The notes beneath the pieces are model-generated. The model was not told the DNA's origin and searched no databases. It worked only from the letters and a program-made list of their open reading frames with translations. Below, piece after piece: positions 21,928-33,453 of a stretch of DNA of 64,000 bases. How positions within the stretch are numbered: position 1 is the first letter of the stretch; each line of letters starts with the position of its first letter. The stretch comes from an uncultured delta proteobacterium (GTDB taxonomy: Bacteria > Myxococcota_A > Polyangia > Polyangiales > Polyangiaceae): assembly GCA_963806225.1 (NCBI GenBank), contig CAWDXG010000001.1:2006264-2070263 (forward strand), read 5' to 3'. The position numbers and the translations under genes are program-made.

Positions 21928-22425
21928 ATGCAGCGCGTACATGACTTCGATTTCTTCAAGGTGCGGTGGCTCGGGCGGTACGGGTGGATCGTCGATCGGC
22001 CTGCCGCGGCCGTGGTGGTGCCCGAGTCGGCGGACGGGCGGCTGTGGATGGTGCGCATCGCGCGGGTGCCGACGCGCACGCGGAGCTGGGAGCTGCCGGG
22101 GGGCGAAGTGGGGAAGCGCGAGACGCCGGTGGAAGCGGGGCTGCGCGAGCTCGCCGAGGAGACGGGGCTTGTCGCGCGCGATGGCGCCGAGCTGTGGCCG
22201 ACGACGATCGAAGCGGCGCCGGGGATGGGACGCATGCCGCATCACGTGATCATCGCGCGCGGCGTGGAGCCGGACGGTGCGCGACCGCGGCCCCAGCGGG
22301 ACGAGGGCATCGAGCAGGTCCGTCGCTTCACACGCGAACAGCTCGCGCGTCGCGTGGCGGACGGCGGTGTCCACGTGCTCGCGACGCTGGGTGCACTAGC
22401 CGTGACGGGTTGGCTCGGGGCGTAG
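21928..22425 (+). CDS. NUDIX hydrolase
   Basis: Nudix box WELPGGEVGKRETPVEAGLRELAEETG; alternative start at 21916. Confidence 0.9.
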   Translation: MQRVHDFDFFKVRWLGRYGWIVDRPAAAVVVPESADGRLWMVRIARVPTRTRSWELPGGEVGKRETPVEAGLRELAEETGLVARDGAELWPTTIEAAPGMGRMPHHVIIARGVEPDGARPRPQRDEGIEQVRRFTREQLARRVADGGVHVLATLGALAVTGWLGA

Positions 22426-22432
22426 CGCGCGC

Positions 22433-23839
22433 TCAGTACACGTGCGTGCGGTGCGGGGCGGGGTAGTCGGGGAGGGCGGCGTCGGCCGTGTGCCAGCGGC
22501 GCTGCATGTCGGCGAGCAGGCTTTCGTTGGACTTCGAGAGATCGCGTTGCTCGCCGGGATCGCGGGCGAGGTCGAAGAGCTCGAGCTTCGGGTCGCCCTG
22601 GCTGACGATGATCTTGTCGGCGCCGTGGATGAGGGCGCGGCGGCGGGGCGTCTGGTCGGTGTGGGGAAGGTCGATGACGACGTCGCGCTGGGGCGGGCGC
22701 GCGCCGAGCAGCTCGGGAACGAGGCTTGTGCCGCGCATGTGCGGGTCGGGCTTGACGCCCTCGAGCTCGAGCAGCGTGCGGGCGAGATCGATGTGGCTGC
22801 GGCGCGTGTCGATGCGGGCGGGCTTCACGCCGGGGATGTCGAACATGAGCGGCACGCGCGTGGTCACGTCGTAGAGCAGAAAGCCGTGCTCGAAGTAGCT
22901 CGGGTGCTCGCCGAAGGCCTCGCCGTGATCCGACGTGACCACGATCGCCGCGTCGTGCCCCCACTTCGTCTGCCGCACGTGTCGCACGAGCTTGCCGATC
23001 TGCGCGTCGGTGAAGGCGACCTCGCCGTCGTAGCGGTTCTTGCGGTTCTGCCCCACCTCGTCGAGCCGCACGCCAGGCGGTACGACGTGCGCACCGGGCT
23101 TGTACGCCGAACCGGAGAAGTGCGGGTAGCCCTTGTGGTGCACGTACTTGAAGTGCGGGTCCATGAAGTGCACCCAGGCAAAGAAGCGCTTTCCCGGGTG
23201 CTTTTTCGCGCTGTCGTCGAGCGCTGCGATCATCATCTTCGAGAGCTGGTCGTCGGTGACCGCCCCCTCGCGTGCCGGCTTGGCCGTGATGTACGGAATG
23301 ACGCGCCACACGTCGAAACCCTGCTGGATCCCCGTGTCGCCCGCGAACCACACGTGCCCCTGCACGCCGATCGTGCGCACGTCCGCCTTGTGCAGCACTT
23401 CCGCCAGGAACGTCGCGTCGTCGTAGAAGCGGCTGGTGGTGTGCCCATCGCGCGGCAGCTCCGACGGATAGCGCCCCGCCATCAGTCCGCCCAGCGACAT
23501 CGACGTGTAGCTCGACAGCGCATAGGCGTGCGTGTAGACGACGCTCCGCTTCGCCAGCCTCGTCAGATTCGGCGCGATCGGCCGCGGGTAGCCGACCCAG
23601 GGCATGTCCGCACGCAGCGCGTCCACCGTGATGAAAAGGACGCTCCGCGGGCGGAGCTTCGCCGGCAGAACGGGCTTCGGCGGCGGATCGACGTGACGCG
23701 CCGGCGGCGGCGCAGCGGCCTGGCGCGCCGGCTCGGCGCTGGCCGCCGCCCGCGCGGAAGGCGCATCGTGCGCCGCGTGCGCGTGATCGCACGCCACCGG
23801 TAGGAACAGGGCGAAGAGTGCCGGCCAGGGGCGGATCAA
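22433..23839 (-). CDS. Sulfatase-like (alkaline phosphatase superfamily) lipoprotein
   Basis: FITVDALRAD, WVHFMDPH, YDGEVAFTD, TSDHGEAFGEH, RVPLMF; lipobox-like LPVAC. Confidence 0.88.
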   Translation of the reverse strand: MIRPWPALFALFLPVACDHAHAAHDAPSARAAASAEPARQAAAPPPARHVDPPPKPVLPAKLRPRSVLFITVDALRADMPWVGYPRPIAPNLTRLAKRSVVYTHAYALSSYTSMSLGGLMAGRYPSELPRDGHTTSRFYDDATFLAEVLHKADVRTIGVQGHVWFAGDTGIQQGFDVWRVIPYITAKPAREGAVTDDQLSKMMIAALDDSAKKHPGKRFFAWVHFMDPHFKYVHHKGYPHFSGSAYKPGAHVVPPGVRLDEVGQNRKNRYDGEVAFTDAQIGKLVRHVRQTKWGHDAAIVVTSDHGEAFGEHPSYFEHGFLLYDVTTRVPLMFDIPGVKPARIDTRRSHIDLARTLLELEGVKPDPHMRGTSLVPELLGARPPQRDVVIDLPHTDQTPRRRALIHGADKIIVSQGDPKLELFDLARDPGEQRDLSKSNESLLADMQRRWHTADAALPDYPAPHRTHVY

Positions 23840-23864
23840 GGTCGCTCTTCGTGCCAGCCCGCTG

Positions 23865-24227
23865 CTACGCGCAGACGATCGTGATCGGATGCTGGTGGTT
23901 GTTCGTGAGGGTCGAGGTCTTGTAGACGGTCTGCCCCTGGGCCAGTTGCTGGAAATCGGGAGCGCCGAGTGTGACCGTGTGGTCGTGGTTGGCGGAGCCC
24001 TTGATGTGATAGGTCTTGCCGACGGCGGCCTTCACGTCGGCCGGCGTGACCTTCAGCACGTGGCCGTGGTTGGCCTCGATCGTGACGGCAGCGTTGCTTT
24101 TGCTGCAGTCGCCACCGCCGCTGCTGGACGAGTTGTCGCTGCTGCTGCAGCCGGCTGCGCCCAGGGCGACCATGGCGCCCAGCGCGGTCAGAGCCGTTTC
24201 AAGGAACTGCTTCCGCGTGATGTTCAT
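23865..24227 (-). CDS. Small secreted lipoprotein with three His pairs
   Basis: TRKQFL Tat-like signal, AAGC lipobox, NHGH, HDH and HQH motifs. Confidence 0.75.
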   Translation of the reverse strand: MNITRKQFLETALTALGAMVALGAAGCSSSDNSSSSGGGDCSKSNAAVTIEANHGHVLKVTPADVKAAVGKTYHIKGSANHDHTVTLGAPDFQQLAQGQTVYKTSTLTNNHQHPITIVCA

Positions 24228-24362
24228 TCAAGTACCCTCCTCTTGCTTCAAGAACCCGGGATCCGTTGCGCGAACCTGCGCGGATATTCGCCCGCCGGGC
24301 CACCACGATATCACGCGCGTGTGCTGGTCAGTGCGGAGGCCGTGGGCTAGAGTCCGGGCACG

Positions 24363-25391
24363 ATGAAAAGGGCTCTTATCACGGGAATTACCGGGCAGGA
24401 CGGGTCGTATCTGGCGGAGCTTCTGCTCGGCAAAGGCTACGAGGTGTGGGGCGTGGTACGGCGCTCGTCGAGCTTCAACACCGACCGCATCCAGCACCTG
24501 TACCAGGATCCGCACGAGCCCGATGTGCGGCTCACGCTCGTCTACGGCGATCTGAACGACGCCTCGTCGCTGTCGAGCATCCTCGAGGAGGTGCGGCCGC
24601 ACGAGATCTACAACCTGGCCGCGCAGAGCCACGTGCGCGTCAGCTTCGACATCCCGGAGTACACCGCCGAGATCACGGCGCTCGGCACGGTCCGCCTGCT
24701 CGAGGCGATGCGCCGGCTCAAGCTCGACGCGCGCTTCTACCAGGCCTCGTCCAGCGAGCTGTACGGCAAGGTGCACGAGACGCCCCAGCGCGAGACCACG
24801 CCCTTCCACCCGCGCAGCCCGTATTCGGCTGCCAAGGCCTACGCCTTCTACATCACGCAGAACTACCGCGAGGGCTACGGGATGTACGCGGTCAACGGCA
24901 TCCTGTTCAACCACGAGAGCCCGCGCCGCGGCGAGACGTTCGTGACGCGCAAGATCACGCGCGCCGCCACGCGCATCAAGCTCGGCCTGCAGGACAAGCT
25001 GTTCCTCGGCAACGTCGAGGCGAAGCGCGACTGGGGTTTCGCTGGCGACTACGTCGAGGGCATGTGGCGCATGCTGCAGGCCGACGAGCCCGACGACTTC
25101 GTGCTGGCCACGGGCGAGACGCACAGCGTGCGGGAGTTTCTCGAGAAGACGTTTGCGTCGCTGGACATGGACTACAAGGAACATGTCGAGCACGACGCGC
25201 GCTACGAGCGCCCCGCCGAGGTGGACCTGCTGCTCGGGGACGCTACCAAGGCGCGCGAGAAGCTCGGCTGGAAGCCGAAGGTCGGCTTCGACCAGCTGGT
25301 GAAGATGATGGTCGACGCCGACATGGTGATCGCGAAGAAGGAGCGCGCCCTCGCCGAGCACGACGAGCGCGAGAAAGCGGCGCAGGGATGA
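24363..25391 (+). CDS. gmd: GDP-mannose 4,6-dehydratase
   Basis: [45 protein letters not shown]. Confidence 0.98.
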   Translation: MKRALITGITGQDGSYLAELLLGKGYEVWGVVRRSSSFNTDRIQHLYQDPHEPDVRLTLVYGDLNDASSLSSILEEVRPHEIYNLAAQSHVRVSFDIPEYTAEITALGTVRLLEAMRRLKLDARFYQASSSELYGKVHETPQRETTPFHPRSPYSAAKAYAFYITQNYREGYGMYAVNGILFNHESPRRGETFVTRKITRAATRIKLGLQDKLFLGNVEAKRDWGFAGDYVEGMWRMLQADEPDDFVLATGETHSVREFLEKTFASLDMDYKEHVEHDARYERPAEVDLLLGDATKAREKLGWKPKVGFDQLVKMMVDADMVIAKKERALAEHDEREKAAQG

Positions 25392-26339
25392 GCCTCGACT
25401 GGAAGAGCACCAAGGTCGTCGTCACCGGCGGCGCGGGCTTTCTCGGCAGCTTCGTGGTCGAGGCGCTCGGGAAGCGCGGCGCAAAGGAAATCGTCGTCCC
25501 GCGCTCGAAGGACTACGACCTCGTGAAGGGCGACGACGTGCGCCGGCTGCTGTCCGACGCCAAGCCGGATCTCGTGCTGCACCTCGCCGCGCGCGTCGGC
25601 GGCATCGGCGCGAACCGCGACAACCCCGGCCGCTTCTTCTACGAGAACGCCATGATGGGCATCCAGCTCATCCACGAGGCGTACCAGGCCGGCGTGAAGA
25701 AGCTGGTGGCCGTGGGCACGGTGTGCGCCTACCCGAAGTTCTGCCCGATACCGTTCAAGGAAGACGACATCTGGAACGGCTACCCCGAGGAGACCAACGC
25801 GCCCTACGGCATCGCGAAGAAGGTGATGGGCGTGCAGAGCGCCGGCTACCGCGAGCAGTACGGCTTCAACTCGGTCGTCGTCTATCCCGTGAACCTGTAC
25901 GGCCCGCGCGACAACTTCGATCTGCACACGAGTCACGTCATTCCCGCCATGCTGCGCAAGTTCGACGCGGCCAAGCAGGCGGGCGCCGCCGAGGTCGTGC
26001 TCTGGGGCGACGGCTCGCCGACGCGCGAGTTCTTCTACGTCGAGGACTGCGCCGAAGGCCTGCTGCTGGCCGCCGAGCGCTACGACTCGAGCGACCCGGT
26101 GAACCTCGGCTCCAGCGAGGAGATCTCGATCAAGGACCTGGCGGAGAAGATTTCCGAAGCTCGTCGGCTACAGCGGCCGCATCGTCTGGGATACCGACAA
26201 GCCCAACGGCCAGCCGCGCCGCAAGCTCGACGTGACGCGCGCGAAGGAGCGCTTCGGCTTCGAGGCGAAGGTGCACCTCGACGAGGGGCTCCAGCGCACC
26301 TACGCCTGGATGCGCGAGCATCCGGAAATCATGGGGTGA
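25388..26339 (+). CDS. fcl: GDP-L-fucose synthase (indel near 26160)
   Basis: [44 protein letters not shown]. Confidence 0.93.
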
Positions 26340-27613
26340 ACGTGCTCCGCGGCAAACTCGACGCCCGCACCGCCCGCGTCGTCGTGATGGGCATCGGGTA
26401 CGTCGGGTTGCCGCTAGCGGCGGAGCTGGCGCGCGCGGGCTTTCGCGTCACGGGGCTGGATCGCGATGCGGACAAGGTGCGGCTCCTGAACGCGGGCGAG
26501 TCCACGATCGACGACATCACGAGCGGCCAGCTGGCACCCCATGTGGCTGCCGGGCGGCTCGATGCGACGACGGACGCCGCAGTGCTCGGCGAGGCGGACG
26601 CCGTGGTGGTCTGCGTGCCGACTCCGCTGACGAAGAGCCGTGATCCGGACATGCGCTTCATCGTGGGGGCCATCGACGAGATCGCGGCGCACCAGCACGC
26701 GGGCATGCTGGTCGTGCTGGAGTCGACAACGTATCCGGGCACCACGCGCGAAGTCGTCGCGCCCCGCCTTTCCGCGCGTTTTGGACTCGGCGAGGAGGTG
26801 TTCATCGCCTTTTCGCCCGAGCGCACGGATCCTGGCAACGCGGAGTTCTCGACGCGCACCACGCCCAAGCTCATCGGCGGCATGACGCCCGCGTGCCTCG
26901 AGATGGCGACGGCGCTGTATTCGGGAGCTATCGACACCTTGGTCCCGGTCAGCAGCACCGAGGTCGCCGAGATGGCCAAGCTGCTCGAGAACACGTTTCG
27001 TGCCGTCAACATCGGGCTCGTCAACGAAGTCGCGCTGATGAGCCGCCGGCTCGGGATCGATCCGCACGAGGTGATCCGCGCCGCGGCGACCAAGCCGTTC
27101 GGCTACATGCCGTTCCGCCCGGGGCCTGGGCTCGGCGGCCACTGCATCCCGAACGACCCGCTGTACCTTTCCTGGAAGCTCCGCACGCTCAAATACGAAG
27201 CGCGCTTCATCGAGGTCGCCGACGCCGTCAACCGCAGCATGCCGGCGTACGTCGTCGAGCGTGTGGCGGACGTGCTCGCGGAGCAAGGCAGCGCGCTCTC
27301 CGGCGCGCGCGTGCTCGTCTACGGCGTCGCCTACAAGCCGGGCGTCAGCGACATGCGCGAGTCGCCCGCGTTCGAGATCATCGGCGGTCTCCGCGCGCGC
27401 GGCGCCGACGTGGCGTACATGGACCCGCGCGTCCCCGCGCTGCCCGGCGGAGAGCGCAGCGTCGACCCCGCCGCAAGCTTCGCGGACTACGACGCGGTCG
27501 TCATCGTCACCGACCACCCCGAGCTCGACCGCGAGCGGCTACGGCGCGAAGCGCGCCTCGTCGTGGATACGCGGGATTGCGTCGTCGGCGGCGACAACGT
27601 GTTCGGGTTGTAG
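26336..27613 (+). CDS. UDP-glucose/UDP-GlcNAc family nucleotide-sugar dehydrogenase
   Basis: [49 protein letters not shown]. Confidence 0.95.
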   Translation: MNVLRGKLDARTARVVVMGIGYVGLPLAAELARAGFRVTGLDRDADKVRLLNAGESTIDDITSGQLAPHVAAGRLDATTDAAVLGEADAVVVCVPTPLTKSRDPDMRFIVGAIDEIAAHQHAGMLVVLESTTYPGTTREVVAPRLSARFGLGEEVFIAFSPERTDPGNAEFSTRTTPKLIGGMTPACLEMATALYSGAIDTLVPVSSTEVAEMAKLLENTFRAVNIGLVNEVALMSRRLGIDPHEVIRAAATKPFGYMPFRPGPGLGGHCIPNDPLYLSWKLRTLKYEARFIEVADAVNRSMPAYVVERVADVLAEQGSALSGARVLVYGVAYKPGVSDMRESPAFEIIGGLRARGADVAYMDPRVPALPGGERSVDPAASFADYDAVVIVTDHPELDRERLRREARLVVDTRDCVVGGDNVFGL

Positions 27614-27644
27614 ACGGCGGCGTCGAACCTCGAAGTTGGGCCGT

Positions 27645-27767
27645 GAAACGCCCGTTCTGGGCCGAGCGGCGGGCATTTTCGTGGGCAAGCTTCAACTTGC
27701 GCCGTGAAATGCCCGTTTTGCGGCCCTCTTGCCCCCCAAGCTTCAACTTGCGCCCGGAAATGCCCGC
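27645..27767. repeat. Cluster of 48-bp REP-like hairpins
   Basis: GCGGGCATTTT..CAAGCTTCAACTTG..GAAATGCCCG at 27669..27716 plus partial units on both sides. Confidence 0.85.
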
Positions 27768-27795
27768 CTCCACGCCAAGCGGCGCTCCGGCCCAT

Positions 27796-29067
27796 CTATT
27801 CCGCCACCAGCGCCGCACAACTTCGCGCGCGCTCGACCAGCGCGTCCGACAACGCTTCGACGACCGGATGCACGAGCCCAGCCCTGCGCGTGTCGGCGAG
27901 CACGCTCGTGGCGACATCGGGTAGCGCTGCTGCCTGGCTCCGCGCTGCCGCAACGACGCGCTCCGGATCCACCCCGATGTCCGCTGCGAGCTTCTGCCAC
28001 TGACGCCGACCGATGTCGCGTAGTCGGTACTTGCCGCCGATCTTCATCGCGAGCTTCAACTTCTGCGGCGCCATGTCGGGGTAGGGCAGGGCGCTGGCCA
28101 GGTCGTACAGCGGAGCGAGTCGGACGCGTCCTCCGGCGGCGATGAGAAGCGAGTAGTTCTTGGCGTGGGCGTCCGGGCCGGCGATGAGCCAGTTGAACAC
28201 GAGGGCGCCCACGAACGTGTCGATGTCCTCCTCCACTCCGGTGGACACTTCGCGCAGCAGCTCGACAACCGCGCGCGCACCAGGCCCGCCGTCGTTCTCG
28301 TACTTGTGCTCGGGGTGGACGGCCAGCGCCTGACAGATATCTTCCTGATGCAAGCGGGCCACGCCCGCGGGCCCTGTGACTCGATCGTATCGCTCCACCA
28401 CAATGGCGATCTGGTCCTCGAACTGCAGGATGCTCGACGAGACGGTGGGAAGCCCGTGCCCCCGGGCGACTTCCAGACAGAAATGCTCGTTCTCCGCCGA
28501 ACCCTCCAGGTCCAGGATGCCGGGCTTGAGGATGTGTGTCGTCGGCGTTCGTCCGCGCGGTACACCCCAGCGCGAGCCATCGAACCAGAGCGCTGTCTTC
28601 GGTTGCGCACCGGCCAGGCTGAACTGTCCGGCGTCGCTTTCCGCGCGCCATGCGGAAACGTCCGCGCGCAGCGTCCTCAGTCGCGACGCGACATCCGCCT
28701 CGGACAGCCACTCGATGCCCGTTTCCTCGTCCGCCTCCCCACCGCGATCCGCACGAATGATGCGTACGGCTCCCGGGCAATCCGCACCGACCTGGGCCAG
28801 GAGCGCGAATGCACTCCGCGCCGAGACGTGGAAGCGCCGGCCCCACCGCTCCAGGATCCTGTCGTTGTCGGGAAGCAGCCCCCACAAGTAGGGCTCGACA
28901 GCCCTGGGCGGATGCTGCCGCGCAGCGAGCGGCATCGACAGCGAGAGTGGAAGCGCATCGTCCCGCGAGCGCCACGCTTCGTCGTACTCGAACGCAGTCC
29001 TGCCACGCGTCTGCACCAACCGACCGATCCGTGGGTCGCCGAGGTGTACGGCCAGCTCGTCGGTCAC
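27796..29067 (-). CDS. hipA: HipA-family toxin kinase, copy 1
   Basis: LSLSMP, GLLPDN, FSLAGAQPK, THILKP, HQEDICQAL, DAHAKNYS, LAPLYD. Confidence 0.95.
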   Translation of the reverse strand: MTDELAVHLGDPRIGRLVQTRGRTAFEYDEAWRSRDDALPLSLSMPLAARQHPPRAVEPYLWGLLPDNDRILERWGRRFHVSARSAFALLAQVGADCPGAVRIIRADRGGEADEETGIEWLSEADVASRLRTLRADVSAWRAESDAGQFSLAGAQPKTALWFDGSRWGVPRGRTPTTHILKPGILDLEGSAENEHFCLEVARGHGLPTVSSSILQFEDQIAIVVERYDRVTGPAGVARLHQEDICQALAVHPEHKYENDGGPGARAVVELLREVSTGVEEDIDTFVGALVFNWLIAGPDAHAKNYSLLIAAGGRVRLAPLYDLASALPYPDMAPQKLKLAMKIGGKYRLRDIGRRQWQKLAADIGVDPERVVAAARSQAAALPDVATSVLADTRRAGLVHPVVEALSDALVERARSCAALVAE

Positions 29068-29341
29068 CGCTTCGGCTTCCTCGAGCGCTGCACGATGGCG
29101 TCGAGGTCCGGCCCCGTGACGGCGTCCGGCTGCGAGTCAGCCGTCAACCGGACCCCGAGCGCGCCGAGCGCCTTCAACACCAGCCCCAGCTCCGCCCGCG
29201 GTCTACCCCGCTCGACCTGGCCCACCCAGAGGCGACTGACCCCGATGGCGTCCGCGAGCGCCTGCTGACTCAGCCCGCGCGCGCGGCGTCGATCCCGATC
29301 AGCGCCCCCACATCGCTGGAATTTCTCAGAGCCAGACTCAT
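29064..29341 (-). CDS. hipB: HipB-like XRE antitoxin, copy 1 (indel near 29297)
   Basis: RRARGLSQQALADAIGVSRLWVGQVERG; overlaps the hipA start. Confidence 0.88.
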
Positions 29342-29412
29342 TGCAAGCGTTCGCTTTCATACGCTATTGTAAGCGCTCGCTATCTTTCTGCAAGTGCATG
29401 CGTACGCTTGCA
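29342..29412 (-). promoter_or_regulatory. hipBA promoter with three 18-bp palindromic operators
   Basis: TG(C/T)A(A/T)GCG-NN-CGCT boxes at 29342, 29368, 29395; minus strand reads TTGCAG-16 nt-TACAAT. Confidence 0.75.
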
Positions 29413-29437
29413 TCCCCGTCCTGCCCCACCAACCAGC

Positions 29438-29538
29438 ACGGGCATTTTGCCGTCCGAGCTGCAACTTGCGCCCGGAAATGCCCGCCTAGCGCGCGGGCGG
29501 GCATTTTCGCGAGCAAGCTCGTGCCCCAAAATGCCCGC
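29438..29538. repeat. Two REP-like hairpins
   Basis: 29438..29485 closely matches the reverse complement of array A unit 1; a shorter unit lies at 29497..29538. Confidence 0.88.
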
Positions 29539-29601
29539 CCCATGCCCCGCCGCATGGATGGGCCGACCGCCCCGGGCCGTCATCTTGTCCGGGCGACCCA
29601 G

Positions 29602-29705
29602 TCAGCTTTCCGCGACGCGAGGCAACACGCCCCCTGGTCGGCCGTAGTGGGGCACCGCATCGGGAATGTCCGCCGGATCGCCGACGAACCGCTCGAGCGA
29701 TGGTG
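29602..29705 (-). pseudogene. 3' fragment of the nucleotidyltransferase-like gene at 46630
   Basis: PSLERFVGDPADIPDAVPHYGRPGGVLPRVAES versus PSLERFVGNPADVADAVAHYGRPGGVLPRVAEA. Confidence 0.85.
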
Positions 29706-29768
29706 CGCACTTCACCGCGCTCGACCCCCAAGAACCTTCGGCCCTTCGTGTTGACCCTCTGGGGCCGC

Positions 29769-31635
29769 CTAAGCGTCGTCCAATAGCCCGCGCGCCGTAA
29801 TCGCCCGGACAACGGCCTTCGCCGCGTCTTCCACGCTCATGTCGTCGAGCGCGACGGACACATCCGGCTCGCGCGGCGCTTCGTAGCTGGGCGGGGCGTG
29901 CGCGGTGTCGTAGTTGCCGCGGGTGTCGCGCTCGCGGCACAGGTCGAGCGAGGTCGCGACGTGGACCTCGATGAAGCGATCCGCTCCCACAGTGTCGCGC
30001 ACCACGCTGCGGTCGGCGCGGAGCGGAGAGGCGAACGAGAAGATCGTGAGCACGCCGGAGTCGGTCATGCGCCGCGCCATCTCGGGCGTGAAGCGCGGGC
30101 TCGAGCCGTCGGGACGCGCGCGGCTGGACAGCCCGTCGTCGGGATCGACCACGATGGCGAGCCGCCCGCGATCGAACAGCCTCCGCTCGACGGCGTAGGC
30201 GATCTCGCTCTTGCCCGAGGCCGGCAGCCCCGTCAGCCAGATGGTCGCGCCGGACTGCGACACCAGCTCGCGACGCTCCGTCGGGCTCACCTGCGAGTGC
30301 GGCGTGTTGCCGATGCTCGAATCGATGGCCTCTTCCTCGTCGCCCAGCGTGTCGCTCTCCGGCAGGATCATGCCGGCCGCGACCGTGTTGTTCGTCAGCG
30401 AGTCGATCAGGATGAACGCGCCGGTGCTGTGGTTTTCGCTGTACGCATCGCAGTAGATCGGCGTCGGGCAGAACAGCGTCACGCGCCCGATGTCGTTCAG
30501 CTCCAGGCGCTGCGCGGGCATGTTCTCGAGCGTCTCCAGATTGGTCGTGAACGCGACGCGCGCGATCTCGGCGCGCACCATCTGCGTCGAGTGCTTGAGG
30601 AAATAGCTCTTCTGCGGATCGAGCGGCTTTTCGCCCATCCACACCAGCATCGCGTCGAAGTGGCGCGCGGCGCGCGGCTCGCCCCCAGGGTGCACCAGCA
30701 TGTCGCCGCGGCTGATGTCGATCTCGTCGGCGAGCCGCAACGTCACGCTCTGCGGCGGGAAGGCTTCTTCCAGCTCGCCGTCGAACGTGTCGATGGCGCG
30801 CACGGTGGACTCGCGCCGTGAAGGCAAAACCAGAACCCGGTCACCCTTCTTCACCACGCCCGAAGCCACCTGTCCCGCGAAGCCGCGGTAGTTCAAGTCC
30901 GGCCGGAGCACGTACTGCACCGGGTAGCGGAAGTCCTCGAAGTTCCGATCGCTCGCGATGGGCACAGTCTCCAGGTACTCGAGGAACGTGCCGCCCGTGT
31001 ACCAGGGCGTGCTGTCGCTCGGGTGGACGATGTTGTCGCCCTTGAGCGCGCTGATCGGGATGAACGTCACATCCTTGAAGCCGAGCTTCTCCGCGAAGGC
31101 CGAGAAGTCCGCTCTTGATGCCTTCGTAGACCTCCTGGCTGTAGCCCTCGAGGTCCATCTTGTTCACGCACACCGCCAAGTGCGGGAATGCCGAGCAGCG
31201 ACGCGATGTAGGCGTGGCGCCGCGACTGCTGCAGCACGCCCAGCCGCGCGTCGATCAGGATGACCGCGACGTTCGCGGTCGACGCACCCGTCGCCATGTT
31301 GCGCGTGTACTGCACGTGCCCGGGCGTGTCGGCGATGATGAACTTGCGCTTCTCGGTCGAGAAATAGCGATAGGCGACGTCGATGGTGATGCCCTGCTCG
31401 CGCTCGGCTTTCAGCCCATCGGTGAACAGCGAAAAATCGATCTCCAGGCCCGCGCGCCCCGACGCACGCTTCACCGCCGAGAGCTGGTCCTCGTAGATGC
31501 CGTGCGTATCGTGCAAGCAGCCGCCCGATCAGCGTGCTCTTGCCGTCGTCGACCGAGCCCACGGCCACGAAACGCAGCAGCTCCTTCGTCTCGTGCTTGT
31601 CGAGGTAGTCGTGGATGTCCTTGATCGCGTTCCAT
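29769..31635 (-). CDS. cysNC: Sulfate adenylyltransferase subunit 1 fused to a degenerate APS-kinase domain (several indels)
   Basis: [46 protein letters not shown]-terminal [11 protein letters not shown]. Confidence 0.93.
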
Positions 31636-31636
31636 C

Positions 31637-32587
31637 CTAGAAGTACCCCTCGCGCTTCTTCATCTCCATCGAGCCTTCCTCGTCGAAGTCGATGAGGCGC
31701 CCGCTGCGCTCCGAGTGCCGGGTCAGGAGCATCTCGCGGATGATCTCCGGCAGCGTGGTCGCCGGCGAGCTTGCAGCGCGCCCGTCAGCGGGTAGCAGCC
31801 CAGCGTGCGGAAGCGCACCGTCTCCATGCGCGGCTCTTCTCCGGGCTCGAGCCGCATGCGCTCGTCGTCGACCATGACCAGCGTGCCTTCGCGCTCCACC
31901 ACCGGGCGCTTGTCCGCGTAGTACAGCGGCACGATGGGAATGTTCTCCAGGTAGATGTAGAGCCAGATGTCGAGCTCGGTCCAGTTCGACAGCGGGAAAG
32001 CGCGGATGCTCTCGCCCTTGGTGATCTTCCCGTTGTACAGGTTCCACAGCTCGGGCCGCTGGTTCTTCGGGTCCCACTGGCCGTAGCGGTCGCGGAAGGA
32101 GTAGATGCGCTCCTTGGCGCGCGACTTTTCCTCGTCGCGCCGCGCTCCGCCGAAGGCCGCGTCGTAGCCGCCCTTCTGCAGCGCCTGCAGCAGCGCGTGC
32201 GTCTTCATGATGGTCGTGTACTTCTGGCTGCCGTAGTCGAACGGATTGACGTTGTCGGCGACGCCCTGCTGGTTCGTGTACACGACCAGGTCGCAGCCCG
32301 TGCTCCGCGCAGAAGCGGTCGCGGAACTCGATCATCGCGCGGAACTTCCACGTGGTGTCGATGTGCAGCAGCGGGAACGGCAGCTTGCCCGGATGGAAGG
32401 CCTTGCGGGCCAGGTGCACCATCACGGACGAGTCCTTCCCGATGCTGTACAGCATCACCGGGTTGTCGAACTCGGCGGCGACCTCGCGCAGGATGTGGAT
32501 GCTCTCGGCCTCGAGCTGCCGCAGATGCGTCAGACGGCGGTCGACGAGCGCGTCGGTAGCGGACTTGTCGTCGGTTGTTGCAGTCAA
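31637..32587 (-). CDS. cysD: Sulfate adenylyltransferase subunit 2 (indels)
   Basis: [55 protein letters not shown]. Confidence 0.96.
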   Translation of the reverse strand: MTATTDDKSATDALVDRRLTHLRQLEAESIHILREVAAEFDNPVMLYSIGKDSSVMVHLARKAFHPGKLPFPLLHIDTTWKFRAMIEFRDRFCAEHGLRPGRVHEPAGRRRQRQSVRLRQPEVHDHHEDARAAAGAAEGRLRRGLRRSAARRGKVARQGAHLLLPRPLRPVGPEEPAARAVEPVQREDHQGREHPRFPAVELDRARHLALHLPGEHSHRAAVLRGQAPGGGARRHAGHGRRRAHAARARRRAAHGDGALPHAGLLPADGRAASSPATTLPEIIREMLLTRHSERSGRLIDFDEEGSMEMKKREGYF

Positions 32588-32681
32588 AGCGACCCCGGGG
32601 GCGATCTAGCAGATCCCTGTGCTTAGGGGCACCTGGCCCCCGGGACGTTCATCCAGGACCGGCCCGTTGGCCGCCGACGCG

Positions 32682-33116
32682 CTAGCTGGCCTTCGCAAAG
32701 GGATTCTCGACGCGGACGGTGCCGTACATGCGGTCGTGCTGGAAGTCCTCGGAGTACAGCACGGAGAGCCCGAAGTGTTCCGCGTACGCCCAGAGATGCG
32801 CGTCGAACCACGACAACTCGTAGGCGGCCATGCCGCGCAGCGCAGTGCGGACGAGCGTCTCGTCCGGGTACAGGATCGTGAACTGCCGCAGCATCTCTTC
32901 CGCCTCGCGCCGCGCGTCGTTCGGCTCGAGGAGCGACGCGCCGCCGTCGATCGGTCGCGTCGTGGCGGCGACGAATTCGACGATGGCTTGATGCGGTACG
33001 CGGACGGAGTTCTCGACAATGCCGCGGCGCAACAGCTCCGTCGCGCGCCCCTGCTTTTCCGGAAAGCGCGCGTCGAAGCGGTAGACGATCACATTGGTGT
33101 CAACGAGAGCGGCCAC
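32682..33116 (-). CDS. PIN-domain (VapC-like) toxin
   Basis: ALVDTNVIVY, QAIVEF, LSWFDA, LYSEDF. Confidence 0.9.
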   Translation of the reverse strand: MAALVDTNVIVYRFDARFPEKQGRATELLRRGIVENSVRVPHQAIVEFVAATTRPIDGGASLLEPNDARREAEEMLRQFTILYPDETLVRTALRGMAAYELSWFDAHLWAYAEHFGLSVLYSEDFQHDRMYGTVRVENPFAKAS

Positions 33117-33381
33117 GATCGTACAGATCCTCGCGCGTCCAACCGCGGTAGCCGTCCGCCCGGCGCGGGGCTTGCGCATCGCGTTCGGACTGGCGGCGCG
33201 TCGCCTGGTCGAAGAGCTTCAGCCGCTCGGCAACATCCGGTTTGACCTGCGCGCTCGCGGGCACGATGCGGACGCTCTCTCCGGACGCGACCCACAGGAT
33301 CTCGTCGCCCGGCTTGATCCGGTACTCATCGGCGATGGCCTTGGGCACCGTGACCTGGAGCTTGCTGGTCACCTTCGACAC
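33100..33381 (-). CDS. AbrB/MazE-family antitoxin
   Basis: SKVTSKLQVTVPKAI...IKPGDEI; C-terminal WTREDLYDR. Confidence 0.9.
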   Translation of the reverse strand: MSKVTSKLQVTVPKAIADEYRIKPGDEILWVASGESVRIVPASAQVKPDVAERLKLFDQATRRQSERDAQAPRRADGYRGWTREDLYDRGRSR

Positions 33382-33394
33382 GTCCTTACTCTAG

Positions 33395-33411
33395 CAAGGA
33401 TAGAATCCTTG
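33395..33411. promoter_or_regulatory. Palindromic operator upstream of the AbrB-PIN pair
   Basis: CAAGGAT-AGA-ATCCTTG. Confidence 0.55.
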
Positions 33412-33453
33412 GCAAGTCGGCGCACCGTCGGACGGCACGCACCCAGTGGCGCC

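Noticed and set aside
16569..22235. 1888-aa and other long minus-strand ORFs over the arrays
   Set aside because: They are stop-free translations of GC-rich tandem repeats and antisense shadows of tsf.
24266..27613. 1115-aa fcl-dehydrogenase fusion
   Set aside because: Produced by an indel near 26160; fcl has its own stop at 26339 overlapping a GTG start.
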